From the human T2T-CHM13v2.0 reference genome, Homo sapiens, in NCBI RefSeq assembly GCF_009914755.1, contig NC_060927.1: DNA of 64,000 nt; one strand, written 5' to 3'. Of the stretch, positions 1 to 35,920 are shown in pieces. The position numbers were made by a program, and so were the translations under genes. The notes below the pieces were generated by a model. The model made no database searches. It saw only the letters and a list, made by a program, of their open reading frames with translations, and was not told where the DNA came from. The stretch's first letter is position 1, and each line of letters starts with the position of its first letter.

Positions 1-275
1 GTATGACAAGAACCCGGTTTTGTCTACAACACCAGCACTTTGGGAGGCCAAGGCGGGCTGATTGCTTGAGCTCAGGGGTTTGAGACCATCCTGGGCAACA
101 TAGTGAAACCCTGGTCTCTACCAAAAACACGAAAATTAACCAGGCGTGCCTGTTATCCCAGCTACTTGGAAGGCCGAGACACAAGAATCGCTTGAACCCA
201 GGAGGCGGAAGCTAGTGAGCCGAGATTGCGCCACTGCACTCCACCCTGGGAGCAAGACTCCGTCTCAAAAAAAAG
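1..275 (+). mobile_element. Second copy of MER61 LTR 3' end (1-31) plus the interrupted Alu remainder
   Basis: Same junction ...TCTACAACA|CCAGCACTTTGGG as at 1144/1145. Confidence 0.8.
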
Positions 276-523
276 AAAACACACTGTTGTTTTAATATCA
301 CATTGTCATGTTTTCGGAAGGATAAAACCCATTTGTGAGTTTGTGTTTATATGAACACAAAATATAGAAGGATATATAAGTTAGTCTGTTTCAACGAAGA
401 TCATGTTTCTCTAGAGAGATTAAAGATCTATTAATTCAATATAACATTAAATATAAAAGATAACTGATAATTCATTAAGGGTGAAATAGTGACATTTTAG
501 TCCATTCTTCAAAACCACAATCA

Positions 524-1408
<885 letters not shown>

Positions 1409-1775
1409 CCCACAAACCTACAATCAATTCTTGTTTTAAGTAGATACAACTTTAATAAAAAAGCAAGTAACATTTTTGAAAAAGCATTTCACAAGGTCAG
1501 CTACCTACAGAAGATGGTTCAAAATTTTCCTAACCATTTTCCCATTTTCTAAAACTGAACTGGTAGGCACAGTAAAAAAAAAAAAAAAAAAGTACTAACA
1601 TTTTTACTGCTTTACAATCATTACATTATATAATCAAATTAACTGATTTTTTGAAATCTTAAATTCAGGAAAAAGAAATACTACACAGCTTAAAATTCTA
1701 ATTGTGAATTTCAATCAGCCAAAGCAGGGGGAAACCGAGAAATTTTAAATTAGGTAGAAAACTGTACAGGAATTA

Positions 1776-2137
<362 letters not shown>

Positions 2138-2264
2138 TTACAGATGGGAAATTACTTTTTCTGTACAGGAACATAATACAGGAATGTAACTAGATGTAAA
2201 TGATACTGCTGACAAAGCAGAGGGCCCATGTTTTCTCTTTATATGACAGAAAAGGGGGTACATT

Positions 2265-2560
<296 letters not shown>

Positions 2561-2638
2561 AGAAAAGGGGGTACATTAAGGTGCACATTTTAATTATGAG
2601 AAGATACGTTTTAAATTCTTTAAAATTTTTACTTTCTT

Positions 2639-2960
2639 GGACAGCCGTGGTGATTCACACCTGTAATCCCAGCACTTCGGGAAGCTGAGGCAGGTGGATC
2701 ACCTGAGGTCAGGAGTTCGAGACCAGCCTAGCCAATATGACGGAGCCCCGTCTCTATAAAAAAATACCAAAATTAGCCATCTCTATAAAAAATACCAAAA
2801 TTAGCCCCGCGTGCTGGTGCGCGCCTGTAGTCCCAGCTACTAGGGAGGCTGAGACAGGAGAATTGCTTGAACCTGGGAAGCAGCAGTTTCAGAGAGCCGC
2901 GATTGCGCCACTGCACTCCAGCTTGGGCAAAAGAGCAAGACTCCATCTCAAGAAAAAAAA
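2639..2960 (+). mobile_element. Alu with internal ~28-bp duplication of the linker
   Basis: CTCTATAAAAAATACCAAAATTAGCC occurs twice in tandem. Confidence 0.85.
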
Positions 2961-4104
2961 AATTTTTTTAATTTTCTTTATATTTTCCTATACTCTTTAG
3001 AAATATAAGTTGGGAAGAATAATCTCCATTAACAATGGATGAGTGAGGAAGTTAGTTTTATTTAGTATTCCACAGTCATACACTGTGGTTGTTACTAGCT
3101 TTTATAATAGTCTTACACTAAACAATTTTAGGAGCAAGTATTACTCTCCCAAATATGTGAAAGAAACTTGAGGCTCAGAAAAGTTAAATAGTTTTCCCAA
3201 GGTCCCATTGCTTCAGCTTGGATAAGATATAATTTAAAATCATGTCCCACTTCCAGGGACAATGCACTTTTCACTGGGCCACTTACAAACATTATTTTTA
3301 ATTCTCACAAAAACTCCTTATGGTAACACAGCTGATCATTATTTAAATCAGGGGTATCTGATTTCAAAGAGCTCATGTTCATTCCACTAGGCCACATACC
3401 TTCCCCTATATTAAACTACATATAATTTTACTTATATGCCTTATTTATGGAATTCTAAGTAAAACATAATTAATCACAAAAAATTTCACTTCATTATTTT
3501 AAAACACTTTACTAGCAATTCAGTAACAGCTAATTAAATTGAAATCGCAGCAATAAGCAGCACAAATGTCAACACAATAAATCAGCTTTAATACTATAAC
3601 AAACATGAAGGTTTTAATTTAATTTACACATAAATTTGAAGCAAGTAGCCAAGAAAAGAGGAAGAAGAAATCCCGTAAAACGAATGGAAACCTGTCTCAC
3701 TTTAAAACATATGTTTCAGTGAGGAGCACAGCCAGTCCACTCCTTTCACACTGCTAAATATCACTGCCGAGTTCACACTGCTTAATTTGGGCGACCATTT
3801 CAGTATTTAACACCACTAAAATTTAGGCTTCACCAATGTATAAGATCACCATCTAGTGGTTATGATTAGAACCATGGAATTTTTCTCTCATGCTGTGATT
3901 ATGGTTAAGAGAATGACTCTAAAGGCAAAGAAATTCAGTTTGAAAAACTTCTCTAGCAGTTGCTTTAAGAAAGCTGTACATTTAATTTCATTCAGAAAAA
4001 AATTATCAAGGCAAAGTACTATTAAATATTTCATTTTTATACTAGCCAAATTTAGGATATAGTAGAATAGTATTCAGATATGCATTTTATATGTAAATAA
4101 AATC

Positions 4105-5219
4105 CTCTCAGGTTCAAGAGATTCTCCTGCCTCAGCCTCCCAAGTAGCTGGGATTACAGGTACACATCACCACACCCAGCTAAGCTAACTTTTCTATTTT
4201 TAGTAGAGATGACGTTTCACCATGTTGGCCAGGCTGGTCTTGAACTCCTGACTTCAAGTGATCCGCCCGCCTCGGCCTCCCACAGTGTTGGGATTACAGG
4301 CGTGAGCCACCAAGACCAGCCTTATAAATTCTTATTAAGAGATTAAAACAATTTACACATGTTTGACAACAGCTACTAATTAATGACATAATCCAAAAAA
4401 TTATCTCCATAAGTTGTATATTAGGATAAAATTAAGACTAGATACTGAAAAACTGTACATAAACATATGCAATGCAATTTGTCAACCAATTTATTTTGGC
4501 TGAAGATAATACATGATCTAAGCTGAGTGCAGTGATACACACCGGTCACACTCAGTCAAGAGACTGAGGTGGAGGATTGCTTGAGCCCAGGAGTTAGAGC
4601 TGCACTGTGCTATGAAGCCACCTGTTAATAGCCACTGCACTCCAGCCTGGGCAACATGGTTCTAGGAAGAAATTAATAATAATTGTAATAATATAGGTTC
4701 TAGATCTAGTAAGATTGTCTGAATTGAAATCCTGGCTCTTCACTTACTACGCTGGGCAGATTACTTAGTCTCACTGGATCTGTTTCCTCATCTGTAGAAT
4801 GGGGATAACAATATTTATACAAATGATAGGCTAAAAAAAATTAAACAAGATGTTGCATGCAATGAATACAGTTTAGAAACATTTCTGGTACAATATAAGC
4901 ATTCAGTGAAATACTAGGAGTGGGGCGTGATGGCTCATGCATATAATCCTAGCATTTTGGGAGGCCGGGGTGGGCGGATCACTTGAGGTCAGGAGTTCCA
5001 GACCAGCCTGGCCATCACGCAAAATGCTGTCTCTACTAAAAATACAAATATTAGCCAGGCTTCGTGGCACACACCTGTAATCCCAGCTACTTGGGAAGCT
5101 TAGACAGGAGAATTGCTTGAACCCAGGAAGCGGAGGTTGCAGTGAGCTGATTTTGCACCACTACACTCCAGCCTGGGCGACAGAGGGAGACTGCGTCTCA
5201 ATAAAAGAAAAAAAAAAAA
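4105..5219. mobile_element. Partial Alu (-, 4105-4322), FLAM (+, 4521-4658), MIR (+, ~4700-4915), Alu (+, 4918-5219)
   Basis: Alu consensus motifs; MIR core TGTTTCCTCATCTGTAGAATGGGGATAA. Confidence 0.8.
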
Positions 5220-5239
5220 CTTAAATACTAGGTATTAGT

Positions 5240-5640
5240 ACTCTTTGGAAAAAACTCAAATCATTTTTCCTGTGCTCTCACAACAATCATCACCGTAGAA
5301 GATGACTTCTATGACCAAATGTCAGGGGATTTCTCCCCACGAGCAAGCCAAGTAAGCAATCAATTCTGCAGCAGACACCAGCTGGGTGTCCTCTAATTAA
5401 TTAATTCCAACACTACCTGGAGATAGTGTTAGATCCCACAGGTTGAGGGCTCAGTCACCAAGACTCTTCCCCACCACCCCATCCCCTACTAATCACAAGT
5501 CCAGGCCTCTGGAACTTTAAATTGGGGTTTCCACAATCCCCTCTTTGGGTTTAATTAATGTCCTGGAGCAGCTCACAGAACTCACAGACACACTTACTTA
5601 TGTTTACTGATTTATAAAGGATATTATAAAGGATACAAAT
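5240..5640 (-). mobile_element. MER21-family LTR fragment, fused to a 5'-truncated Alu (5641-5880)
   Basis: GACACCAGCTGGGTGTCC, ATCCCACAGGTTGAGGGCTCAGTC and GCTCACAGAACTCA motifs, the reverse of the MER21 at 34.7-35.9 kb. Confidence 0.7.
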
Positions 5641-6678
5641 GGAGTTCGAGACCAGCCTGACCAACATGGAGAGACCCTGTCTCTATTAAAAATACAATTA
5701 GCCGGGCGTGGTGGCACATGCCTGTAATACCAGCTACTCAGGAGGCTGAGGCAGGAGAATCACTTGAACCCGGGAAGCAGAGGTTGCAGTGAGCCTAGAT
5801 CATGCCATTGCACTCCAGCTTGGGCAACAAGAGCAAAACTCTGTCTCAAAAAAAAATAATAAAATAACAATAATAATAATTAAAGCCATTGCTGAGGTGC
5901 TAAGATGATGATACAGTTGATAGTCTTAGAAAAGCTGACCATTTTGTCCAATCACTGCAAAATAAGTTAACTCTTTTAGAAATAAACATTCAACTAACCT
6001 TTGAGAAGTAGCTGTAACAAAATAACTAAGAATGTCTGAGGATTATCCTAAAAAATAAATACTTGCCTTCTTTCAAGCCTCCTTTAACCATGTATTGGCA
6101 TACATATAAAACATAAGAATTACAGTTTAGTGTAATTAAACATTCCATGTATCTTATCTTTCTTCTTATCAAATCTAGTAATTGGCTCAATTGCCATAGC
6201 ATTAAAGATATTTTTCTCAATAGTTTTGCATTAAGTCCTTTCCAAATTAAACACATTGCAATATTTCAAGTTATTTCTGAGTCGAACTGACTAAACAGTC
6301 TTGCTAGCTAATTGTAGATCTTTTTTTTTTTTTGCTCATGAGCTTAAAGGCTTAAGCAGTTGATTTGAGTTTGAAATTGAACAGAAGATAATCTGTCGGC
6401 AGTTCTTTCTTCTCATTACACCTCAATTTATTAATATACATGGAACAAGTAAGCTACTATTAATGAAATATGAAGTTAAATTTGCCAAAATAAAAACTTT
6501 TTGATGTACTGTTAATTTATAAGCCAAATAACAGCATTTAATCTAAATACTTGGGTGTTAACATTTTAATGAATATATATATGACTGATACATATATTGA
6601 ATATATTAATATATAGGTATGTATTATTTCTAAAAGAATGAAATCGAATGTTTATCTATAGCAATGGTTTTCCAACTT

Positions 6679-6726
6679 GTTTTAAGAAAAGGAATAAAAG
6701 GGTGGCTACCTCATGGGCAGAGTAGC
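6679..6726 (-). mobile_element. 48-nt ERV1 (MER4/MER41-group) LTR R-region fragment with TSD
   Basis: Reverse complement GCTACTCTGCCCATGAGGTAGCCACCCTTTTATTCCTTTTCTTAAAAC; TSD TCCAACTT at 6671-6678 and 6727-6734. Confidence 0.6.
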
Positions 6727-6849
6727 TCCAACTTTAAAAAAAAAAAAAAAAAAACAGCCAGGCACGGTGGCTCACGCCTGTAACCCCAGCACTCTGGGAG
6801 GCCGAGGCAGGCGGCTCACAAGGTCAGGAGAATGAGACCATCCTGGCTA

Positions 6850-7170
<321 letters not shown>

Positions 7171-7507
7171 TTACATGTCATGTATGTATGCATGTATAAA
7201 ATAAAAAGTTTCACAAAACAATATATGCCCCTACTATTTGCAACGTATTGTTTTAATTTTCTATTCTGTTCCTTTCTTTTCTAACACTTATAATCCACTA
7301 AATTGTTTTTACAAATTATTAATAAATCACAACCTGCAGTTTGGAAAAGATTCAATCTGCAGTAAGGAAGAGATTCAGGAAATGAATATTTGGGGTATAT
7401 CCTTCCTGAATTTTATTTAACAATAACTACGTTAAAGCAGGCAGAGGCTAGTCAGGATTTCAGCCCCATAGCTATTCAGATTGGAGAACAAGGTGAAAGG
7501 GGGAACA

Positions 7508-11212
<3,705 letters not shown>

Positions 11213-12607
11213 CCAGTATCAAATCCCTGCCCACAGAGTTATCTAGAATATCTAAACACCAGGGGTTTAAGGACAGTCAAGATTTTTTTCTCTGTCCTCA
11301 TTCTGTACACAAACTCTTCTACAATTTTATTATGTAGGATACTCCATAAGAACACAGGCTGATTATTAATAGCAAGTTTCCAAGAGGCACATTTAGCATT
11401 TTATACACAGTATTCTACCTGATCCTAAGACGAGCCCTACGAGATAAGTTTAATATAGTAATTCCAATTTGCACATGAGAAAAATGAGATTCAAAGCTGT
11501 CAGTTGCCCAAAGCCACCTAAGTGGCATATTAGAAATAGGGAACCCAGGTATATCTGAAACCCAAACATGTACTTGTTACATCTAGGTTAAGCCACCTCC
11601 AAATTTTACCTTGTTTTGAAAATGAGGATTAGAGTGTATGATTATTTACTGAATTTCCTATTACTGAATAAAATAGCTCAATAAGATAAAATGAAAGGCC
11701 AAATGAAGGCCAATTTTAGACTGAATGAATCCCTTATTCCTAACAAATGACCAACTTCCCCAGATACAAACAGGCTTATAACAAAATCTTATCCCGAGGA
11801 TACTGCTAATGGCATATGCAAAAATGGATAAGGAAGTTCCTCTTGGACATTTTATAATTAAGGTCATTTGGGAATAATTATGAACAAAACAAAAATAAAG
11901 ACAAAATATTACTGAAAGGACTCTACTGAGTTGGTGCATTGGCTAATTACAGCACCTGTATAAACATTTATGCATGGATTGGCAAGCTAGGGTGGCAGAG
12001 TTCAGGAAGGAAGAGGGTCCACAAACCTCAAAATCACAAAATTAAAAGCAGATGAACAGAAAGAAATTATATTATGTAAGTAATAATTGTAAAGAATAGA
12101 ATAGCATAATTTCAAACCAATACATATAACGGCTGACATCTGGAATCTGAAATTGCTTGTCATTGGTGGTTTTATAATCATATATATCAAAAGTCACTGC
12201 TTTTCATAAAGCAAAATTACACAAGTATTAAGATTTAAGTAAAATACCCAGTTTTCCAACAATCAGTGTAAATGTATTTAAAAGTGGTGAAAATAGGATA
12301 AATTTTCTTAAAATTTTCATTTTAATGGTGCTTAATATTCACTTGCCTAAAATTTTCTCTCAGGTTTAAAAAATGTTATGTATTCTTTGGAATCAATCCA
12401 ACTTGCATTTACTGCATTTACTCAACATTCTCACTCAAGGAACCAAGGCAAGAAATATTCTCTTCTACTGGCAGTTGTATCAAGCAAAGTAGCATTCTTT
12501 TTCTTAATGGTTAATACCATAAATAAAAGCCATATAACATATTACTTGACTAAACAACTAACTAGCAGTATATTCAATTTCAAATCTTATTGAGTCATGA
12601 TATCATC

Positions 12608-12963
12608 TGCTATCGTTTGGCTCTGTCCCCACCCAAATCTCATGTCAAACTGTAATCCCCTCATGTTGAAGAAGGGGCCTGGTGGGAGGTGACTGAATCA
12701 TGGGGGCAGATGTCCCCCTCATTGTTCTCATTAGTTCTCATGAGATCTGGTTGTTTGAGAGTGTGTAGCACTTCCCACTTCTCTCTCTCCTACTGCCATG
12801 TGAAGACTTGCATGCTTCCCCTTCCACCATATTTGTTTCCTGAGTCCTCCTAGCCATGCTTCTTGTACAGCCTGCAGAACTGTGAGTCAAGTAAACCTCT
12901 TTCCTTCATAAATTACCCAGTCTCAGGTAGTTCTTTATAGCACTGTCATAACAGACTAATACA
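12608..12963 (+). mobile_element. MSTA-like MaLR solo LTR
   Basis: TGCTATCGTTTGGCTCTGTCCCCACCCAAATCTCATG...AAATTACCCAGTCTCAGGTAG...GACTAATACA; 5-bp TSD TCATC. Confidence 0.88.
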
Positions 12964-13696
12964 TCATCCTAACATTCATCCATTGAACAAATATATTTGT
13001 TCAATGTGTAAAACCCTAGGCTAGACTTAATTGAGAATTTAGCAATGAATGACCCAGGAAAACTCTATCCCCAGCCATCAGGGAATCTGGAGGCAGAGAG
13101 GCAAATTTCAGATACTTAATTTCTGTAACATTAGCAACTTAATTCACAAAACTTACATAATAAAACCTTTTAAAAATAGAAGGAAACTACTACAGCTAAC
13201 TCTGAATTAATAACTTCAGCATTATTCTAGGCCCTCAGAAGAAATAATGAAACTCCACTGAAGGTTCTACCATACTCTTCCTCTAATCCTAGCACTGGGC
13301 AGGAGAAATGTCATGTTTCTTGCATTGATGCAAATCCTAATGCAAGATTTATGATTTTGTCCTTTGCTGTGTGGCAAGTTGGTGAACAGCAGCTAACTTT
13401 TTAGAGAAAGCCTGCTCTGAACAATGCATTGTATTAGGTCTCTCATTTAATCACTTATTATTATCTCTGTGTTAAAGATGTGAACTCACGGGCAGAGATT
13501 TTCTAAAAATTTTCAGGCCCTACCATTGGAGGCTAAGCTAAGATCTGAACCCACGGTTGATACCAAACCACTGCTCGTCCCCTTCTCTTCTGTTTCTCAT
13601 TAGGCTGGAATAATCAAAGATCTCTGTTTGGCAATACCACGTAATATTAAGCTGCATTCTCTCCCCATCAAAGTTTAATGTCTTTATGTATTATAA

Positions 13697-18894
<5,198 letters not shown>

Positions 18895-20163
18895 TTATTT
18901 AGGATGAGTTTCCAGTATTCCATTACCATCACTGTGAATTATCTTCCAATAACCACTGCTAAATGACTTCACTGTCTGGTGACTGAGTTTTCTTCTATGT
19001 TAGAGAACTTATATGAACGTACTGAACTAATGAATGACTACTTTCCATAACCTTAACTATAATCCTAAAAGTTAAAAGGGAAAGCCGGCAGGCAGTTTTA
19101 AAGACAACTCTTGAATAAAAACATAGGAGAAGTAATTTTCCTCTTAGTTGTGAAAGACCGGACAATTTTCCCTGCAACCTTCCCGCCTTTGCTGGTTGCA
19201 TAGTAAAAATTAGAAGTAGGAAAATTTAGAATACTTCCATCTCCTTTGAGTCACGAACTTGGAAAGGAGAAAGAGACAACTGCGGGGACGCATGTGCTCT
19301 AAAGAAAGCAGGAAGTCCGCTTCTTGAGCATGGGCCGTTCACCCATCATCACAAATGGGAACACCGGCCTTAAGTCCATCCCCATTCTCTTCTAACCCTG
19401 AAATCAAAGCCAGTCTCAGTAGGAAACGCGATCTTGCTAGCTGAGTTAGAGAAGGAGCACCAGACAGCTCAGGACACCCTCCTCCTTCTACTTGGCCTGC
19501 GGCAGGAGGATACTCCCCGGGTCCCAGCCAGTGGAGAAGGCGGACCCGGCAGGCAACAGCGAAAGAGCCTTGGCCGGGAAGGAGCGCGGCCAGTCCACGC
19601 GGCCGGAGAACTCACCGAACAAAGCGCACCGCGGAGCGGGAGGGGACACTCGGAAAGAGGGGGAAAGATTCAACCAGCTCTTCACCACTGCCTGGGGCTA
19701 GAGACAGGTGGAGCCGCCGTCCTCCTTAGAAGGAGAAGAAAGATAGGTTTTCGAGGGCTAATCTGAAACTCCTGCGCCAAGGCAACCGGAACCGGGACCC
19801 CGCCTGGGGAGCGCGCTAAGAAACAGGGGAGGCGAGCGCTGAGGGAAGGGATGGATGGTCGGGGTCACAGGCGGCCTCTGCGGGGATGTCGGGGTCCCGC
19901 CTGAGCCGCGCAGAGGATGCCCGCGGCGCGCCGCCGGCCGCCCCGACTCGGGCCTCCCGAGCGCAGCCGCTGGCCCCCTCCCACCCGCGCCCCAGGCCGC
20001 CACACAAAGGGGATGGCGAGGCGCGCCGGCCGCCGGGAGGTGGAGGGGCGACGGGCCTGGGACGAGGTGGCCGAGCCGCGACGCCCGCCGCGCCCCCCGC
20101 CTTTGTCTGCCTCGCCCCGCGCCCTCCCCCTGCGGAGGAGCCCCACCGCCGCGGCGCCCTCAC

Positions 20164-20223
20164 CCTGCTCGTTACCCGGGTGAGTAGCGGTCTCATCTGC
20201 TCGCCGGCCCCATCAGCCTCCAT
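20164..20223 (-). CDS. SLC4A7: SLC4A7 (NBCn1, electroneutral Na+/HCO3- cotransporter) coding exon 1, MEADGAGEQMRPLLTR(VTSR)
   Basis: Minus strand reads GCCGGCC ATG G (strong Kozak) then MEADGAGEQMRPLLTR, the recognised 'MEAD' N-terminus of NBCn1. Donor GTAACG at 20175 follows codon 16; a second donor GTGAGG at 20163 follows the extra VTSR codons. Confidence 0.95.
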
Positions 20224-20481
20224 GGCCGGCCGGCCAGCCCGTGACGGCCGCTACGGTACTGCCCCGCGCGGTCTGCCTGCTTCTGCCGCTGCCCCTGCCG
20301 CCGCCGCCGAGCCCCCGGCGCGCGAGGACAAACGTGGGTGCGTCCGTGCGCGAGGTGTGCGCGCGTGGGGAGAGCCGGGCGCCGGGCGCGGGAGACGCGG
20401 GGCGTGCGTGTGCGCGCTGCGACTGCTGGGCTGGCTCTAGTAGGAGAGCGAGGCCGCGGCGTGGAACCTGAAGCTAGAACT
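20224..20481 (-). other. SLC4A7: SLC4A7 GC-rich 5' UTR (exon 1), probable TSS near 20481
   Basis: Minus strand TCAGTTC initiator-consensus with the A at 20481; no upstream ATG between 20481 and 20224. Confidence 0.7.
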
Positions 20482-20902
20482 GAGCGAACCGGCGGACCGA
20501 GCGGGAAGGAGGAGAGCCGCGTAGGAGGAGGGGTTCGGGGGCGGAGCCGCAAACCGTGACGAGCCCGGCGCCGGGGCCAGGCAAGACACGCCCCCCCGCC
20601 CCGCCTCCTCGGGTCACGCCCCCTGCCAGTCTGGCACCGCCAGCCTCCTCAGCGCGCCCGCGGGCCGCGCCGCTAGGCCACCGGGAGATGGGGCGGGAGG
20701 GAGGCGGGACGGACATTTGTCCCAGCCAATCGGCGGCTGGCGGACTTCCGCTCGCCTCCCCCGTGCCACCTCCTCAGGACGCACCGCCCCTCTTTGTATA
20801 AGCTTAATTGACCGAAGCTGAGCGTCTAACTAGTTTTTCAAGTCGGAAGCTCCCCTGACGTTCTCAATGGGGTGGGGGGTCACCACCTCCCTTGGCTCCT
20901 AA

Positions 20903-25920
<5,018 letters not shown>

Positions 25921-26053
25921 GAAATGTAGCTAGTCTTAATTGAGATATGCTTAAAAGATTTAACATACACACCAAGAAAGTAATCTCGTTCATAATCTTA
26001 TATTCATTACATGTTGAAATGACAATACTTTGGATAATTTGGGTTAAATAATG

Positions 26054-26155
26054 GCCTCTCAAAATATCCGGGAGTATACCAGCCTAGGTATTTTGTTGTC
26101 TCCACTGAAGCAACAAAATACCTAGGCTAGTATACTCCCGGATATTTTGAGAGGC
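26054..26155. repeat. Near-perfect inverted repeat: 45-bp arms, 12-nt loop
   Basis: 26054-26098 is the reverse complement of 26111-26155 with a single mismatch. Confidence 0.97.
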
Positions 26156-26313
26156 TGTTATTGATCAGATATTCATCCAGGGAGAGAGACAGAAAAGAAT
26201 GTAGATCACTAAGATCAAGCTACATAACATGGAGTCTCTGTGTACATGTATAATTCACATAGAGTGTAACACCACTATCATCACCATTCCTTGGGGTACC
26301 TGTTCCTTGATAG

Positions 26314-26699
26314 TGTGAACCCCAAAAGTCTGACGCAGGTTAATTTAGAAAGTTTATTTTGCCAAGGTTGAGGAGACACACAGGTGACACAGCCTCAGTA
26401 GTTCCTGACAACTTTGCCCATGGTGGTTGGGGCACAGCTTGGTTTTATACATTTTAGGGAGACATGAGACATCAATCAATATATGTAAGATATACAGGTA
26501 GGTGAGAGACAAATGGTTGCGTTCTTTTGAGTTTCTGATTAGCCTTTCCAAAGGAGGCAATCAGATATGCATTTATCTCAGTGAGCAGAGGGATAACTTT
26601 GAATAGAATGGGAGGCAGGTTTTCCCTAAGCAGTTCCCAGCTTGACTTTTCCCTTTAGCTTAGTGATTTGGGGGCTCCAAGATTTATTTTCCCTTTACA
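26314..26699 (-). mobile_element. MER4A-type solo LTR (ERV1)
   Basis: TG...CA termini, GTTAATTTAGAAAGTTTATTTTGCCAAGGTTGAGG and CAGTTCCCAGCTTGACTTTTCCC motifs; 4-bp TSD ATAG. Confidence 0.88.
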
Positions 26700-26771
26700 A
26701 TAGGAACACATCCCCTTCCAGACTTAAGAGGCATTTTCATCTCTTTTCACTTATAAAATATTGTGGGTAGA

Positions 26772-29803
<3,032 letters not shown>

Positions 29804-29970
29804 TAATACCCAATAAAACGGACTTAACACAAAAAGTGGCATGTATAAAACTGATCAAGACACATTTTACAATCTGTGAAATACAATTCTCTTTGACATT
29901 AACTTGATTTTTATATCAAGTGATTATATAGCAATTCTATGTTGCTGTGGTTTAAAAGAGTATGTCACAG

Positions 29971-30333
29971 TGTATTAGTTTATTTTCACACTGCTGATAA
30001 AGACATATCAGAGACTGGGTCATTTATATAGGAAAAAGGGTTTAATGGACTTACAGTTTCACGTGGCTGGGGAGGCCTCATAATCATGGTGGAAGGCAAG
30101 GAGGAACAAGTCACATCTTACATGGATAGCAGCAGGCAAAGAGAGAGAACTTGTGCAGGGGAATACCTCTTTATAAAACCATCACATCTTGTAAGACTTA
30201 TTCACTATCACGAGAATAGCAAGGGAAAGACTTGCCCCCTTGATTCAATTATCGCCCACAACATGTGGATCTCAAGATGAGAACACAAGATATCAAGATG
30301 AGATTTGGGTGGGTACACAGCCAAACCATATCA
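29971..30333 (-). mobile_element. THE1B-like MaLR solo LTR
   Basis: TGTATTAG...CTGCTGATAAAGACATA...CAGCCAAACCATATCA; 5-bp TSD CACAG. Confidence 0.88.
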
Positions 30334-30477
30334 CACAGCATCCTTAATAAAATAATAATTTTTGAGTTCTCTTCCATTTTTTTATGAATATATACCAAAC
30401 TATGTGTATGTCTGTTTCTGAATTCTATTATGCATATACTTATTCAGAAGAAACTATGTTTATCAAAACTAAAGTCT

Positions 30478-34645
<4,168 letters not shown>

Positions 34646-34684
34646 GATATTTCAATATAGATATGCACAAACTTGATATAGAGT

Positions 34685-35920
<1,236 letters not shown>

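Larger units (their letters stand above)
19400..20860. promoter_or_regulatory. CpG island / SLC4A7 promoter with GC boxes, CCAAT and ETS motifs
   Basis: Very high GC and CpG density; several GGGCGG/CCGCCC boxes at 20530-20790, CCAAT 20726-20730, ACTTCCG 20744-20750. Confidence 0.9.

Noticed and set aside
13318-13347. Octamer/ATF4-like TGATGCAAAT within a short inverted repeat; also a 10-bp inverted repeat at 25450-25478
   Set aside because: Short motifs expected by chance in 64 kb; no independent support.
19816-20223. 135-aa ORF starting MEADGAGEQ as a complete protein
   Set aside because: Only the first 16-20 codons are exonic; the rest is GC-rich intron read-through after the splice donors.
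19434-20801. Overlapping Pro/Arg/Gly/Ala-rich ORFs on both strands of the CpG island
   Set aside because: Expected from stop-codon scarcity in GC-rich DNA; no recognisable homology.
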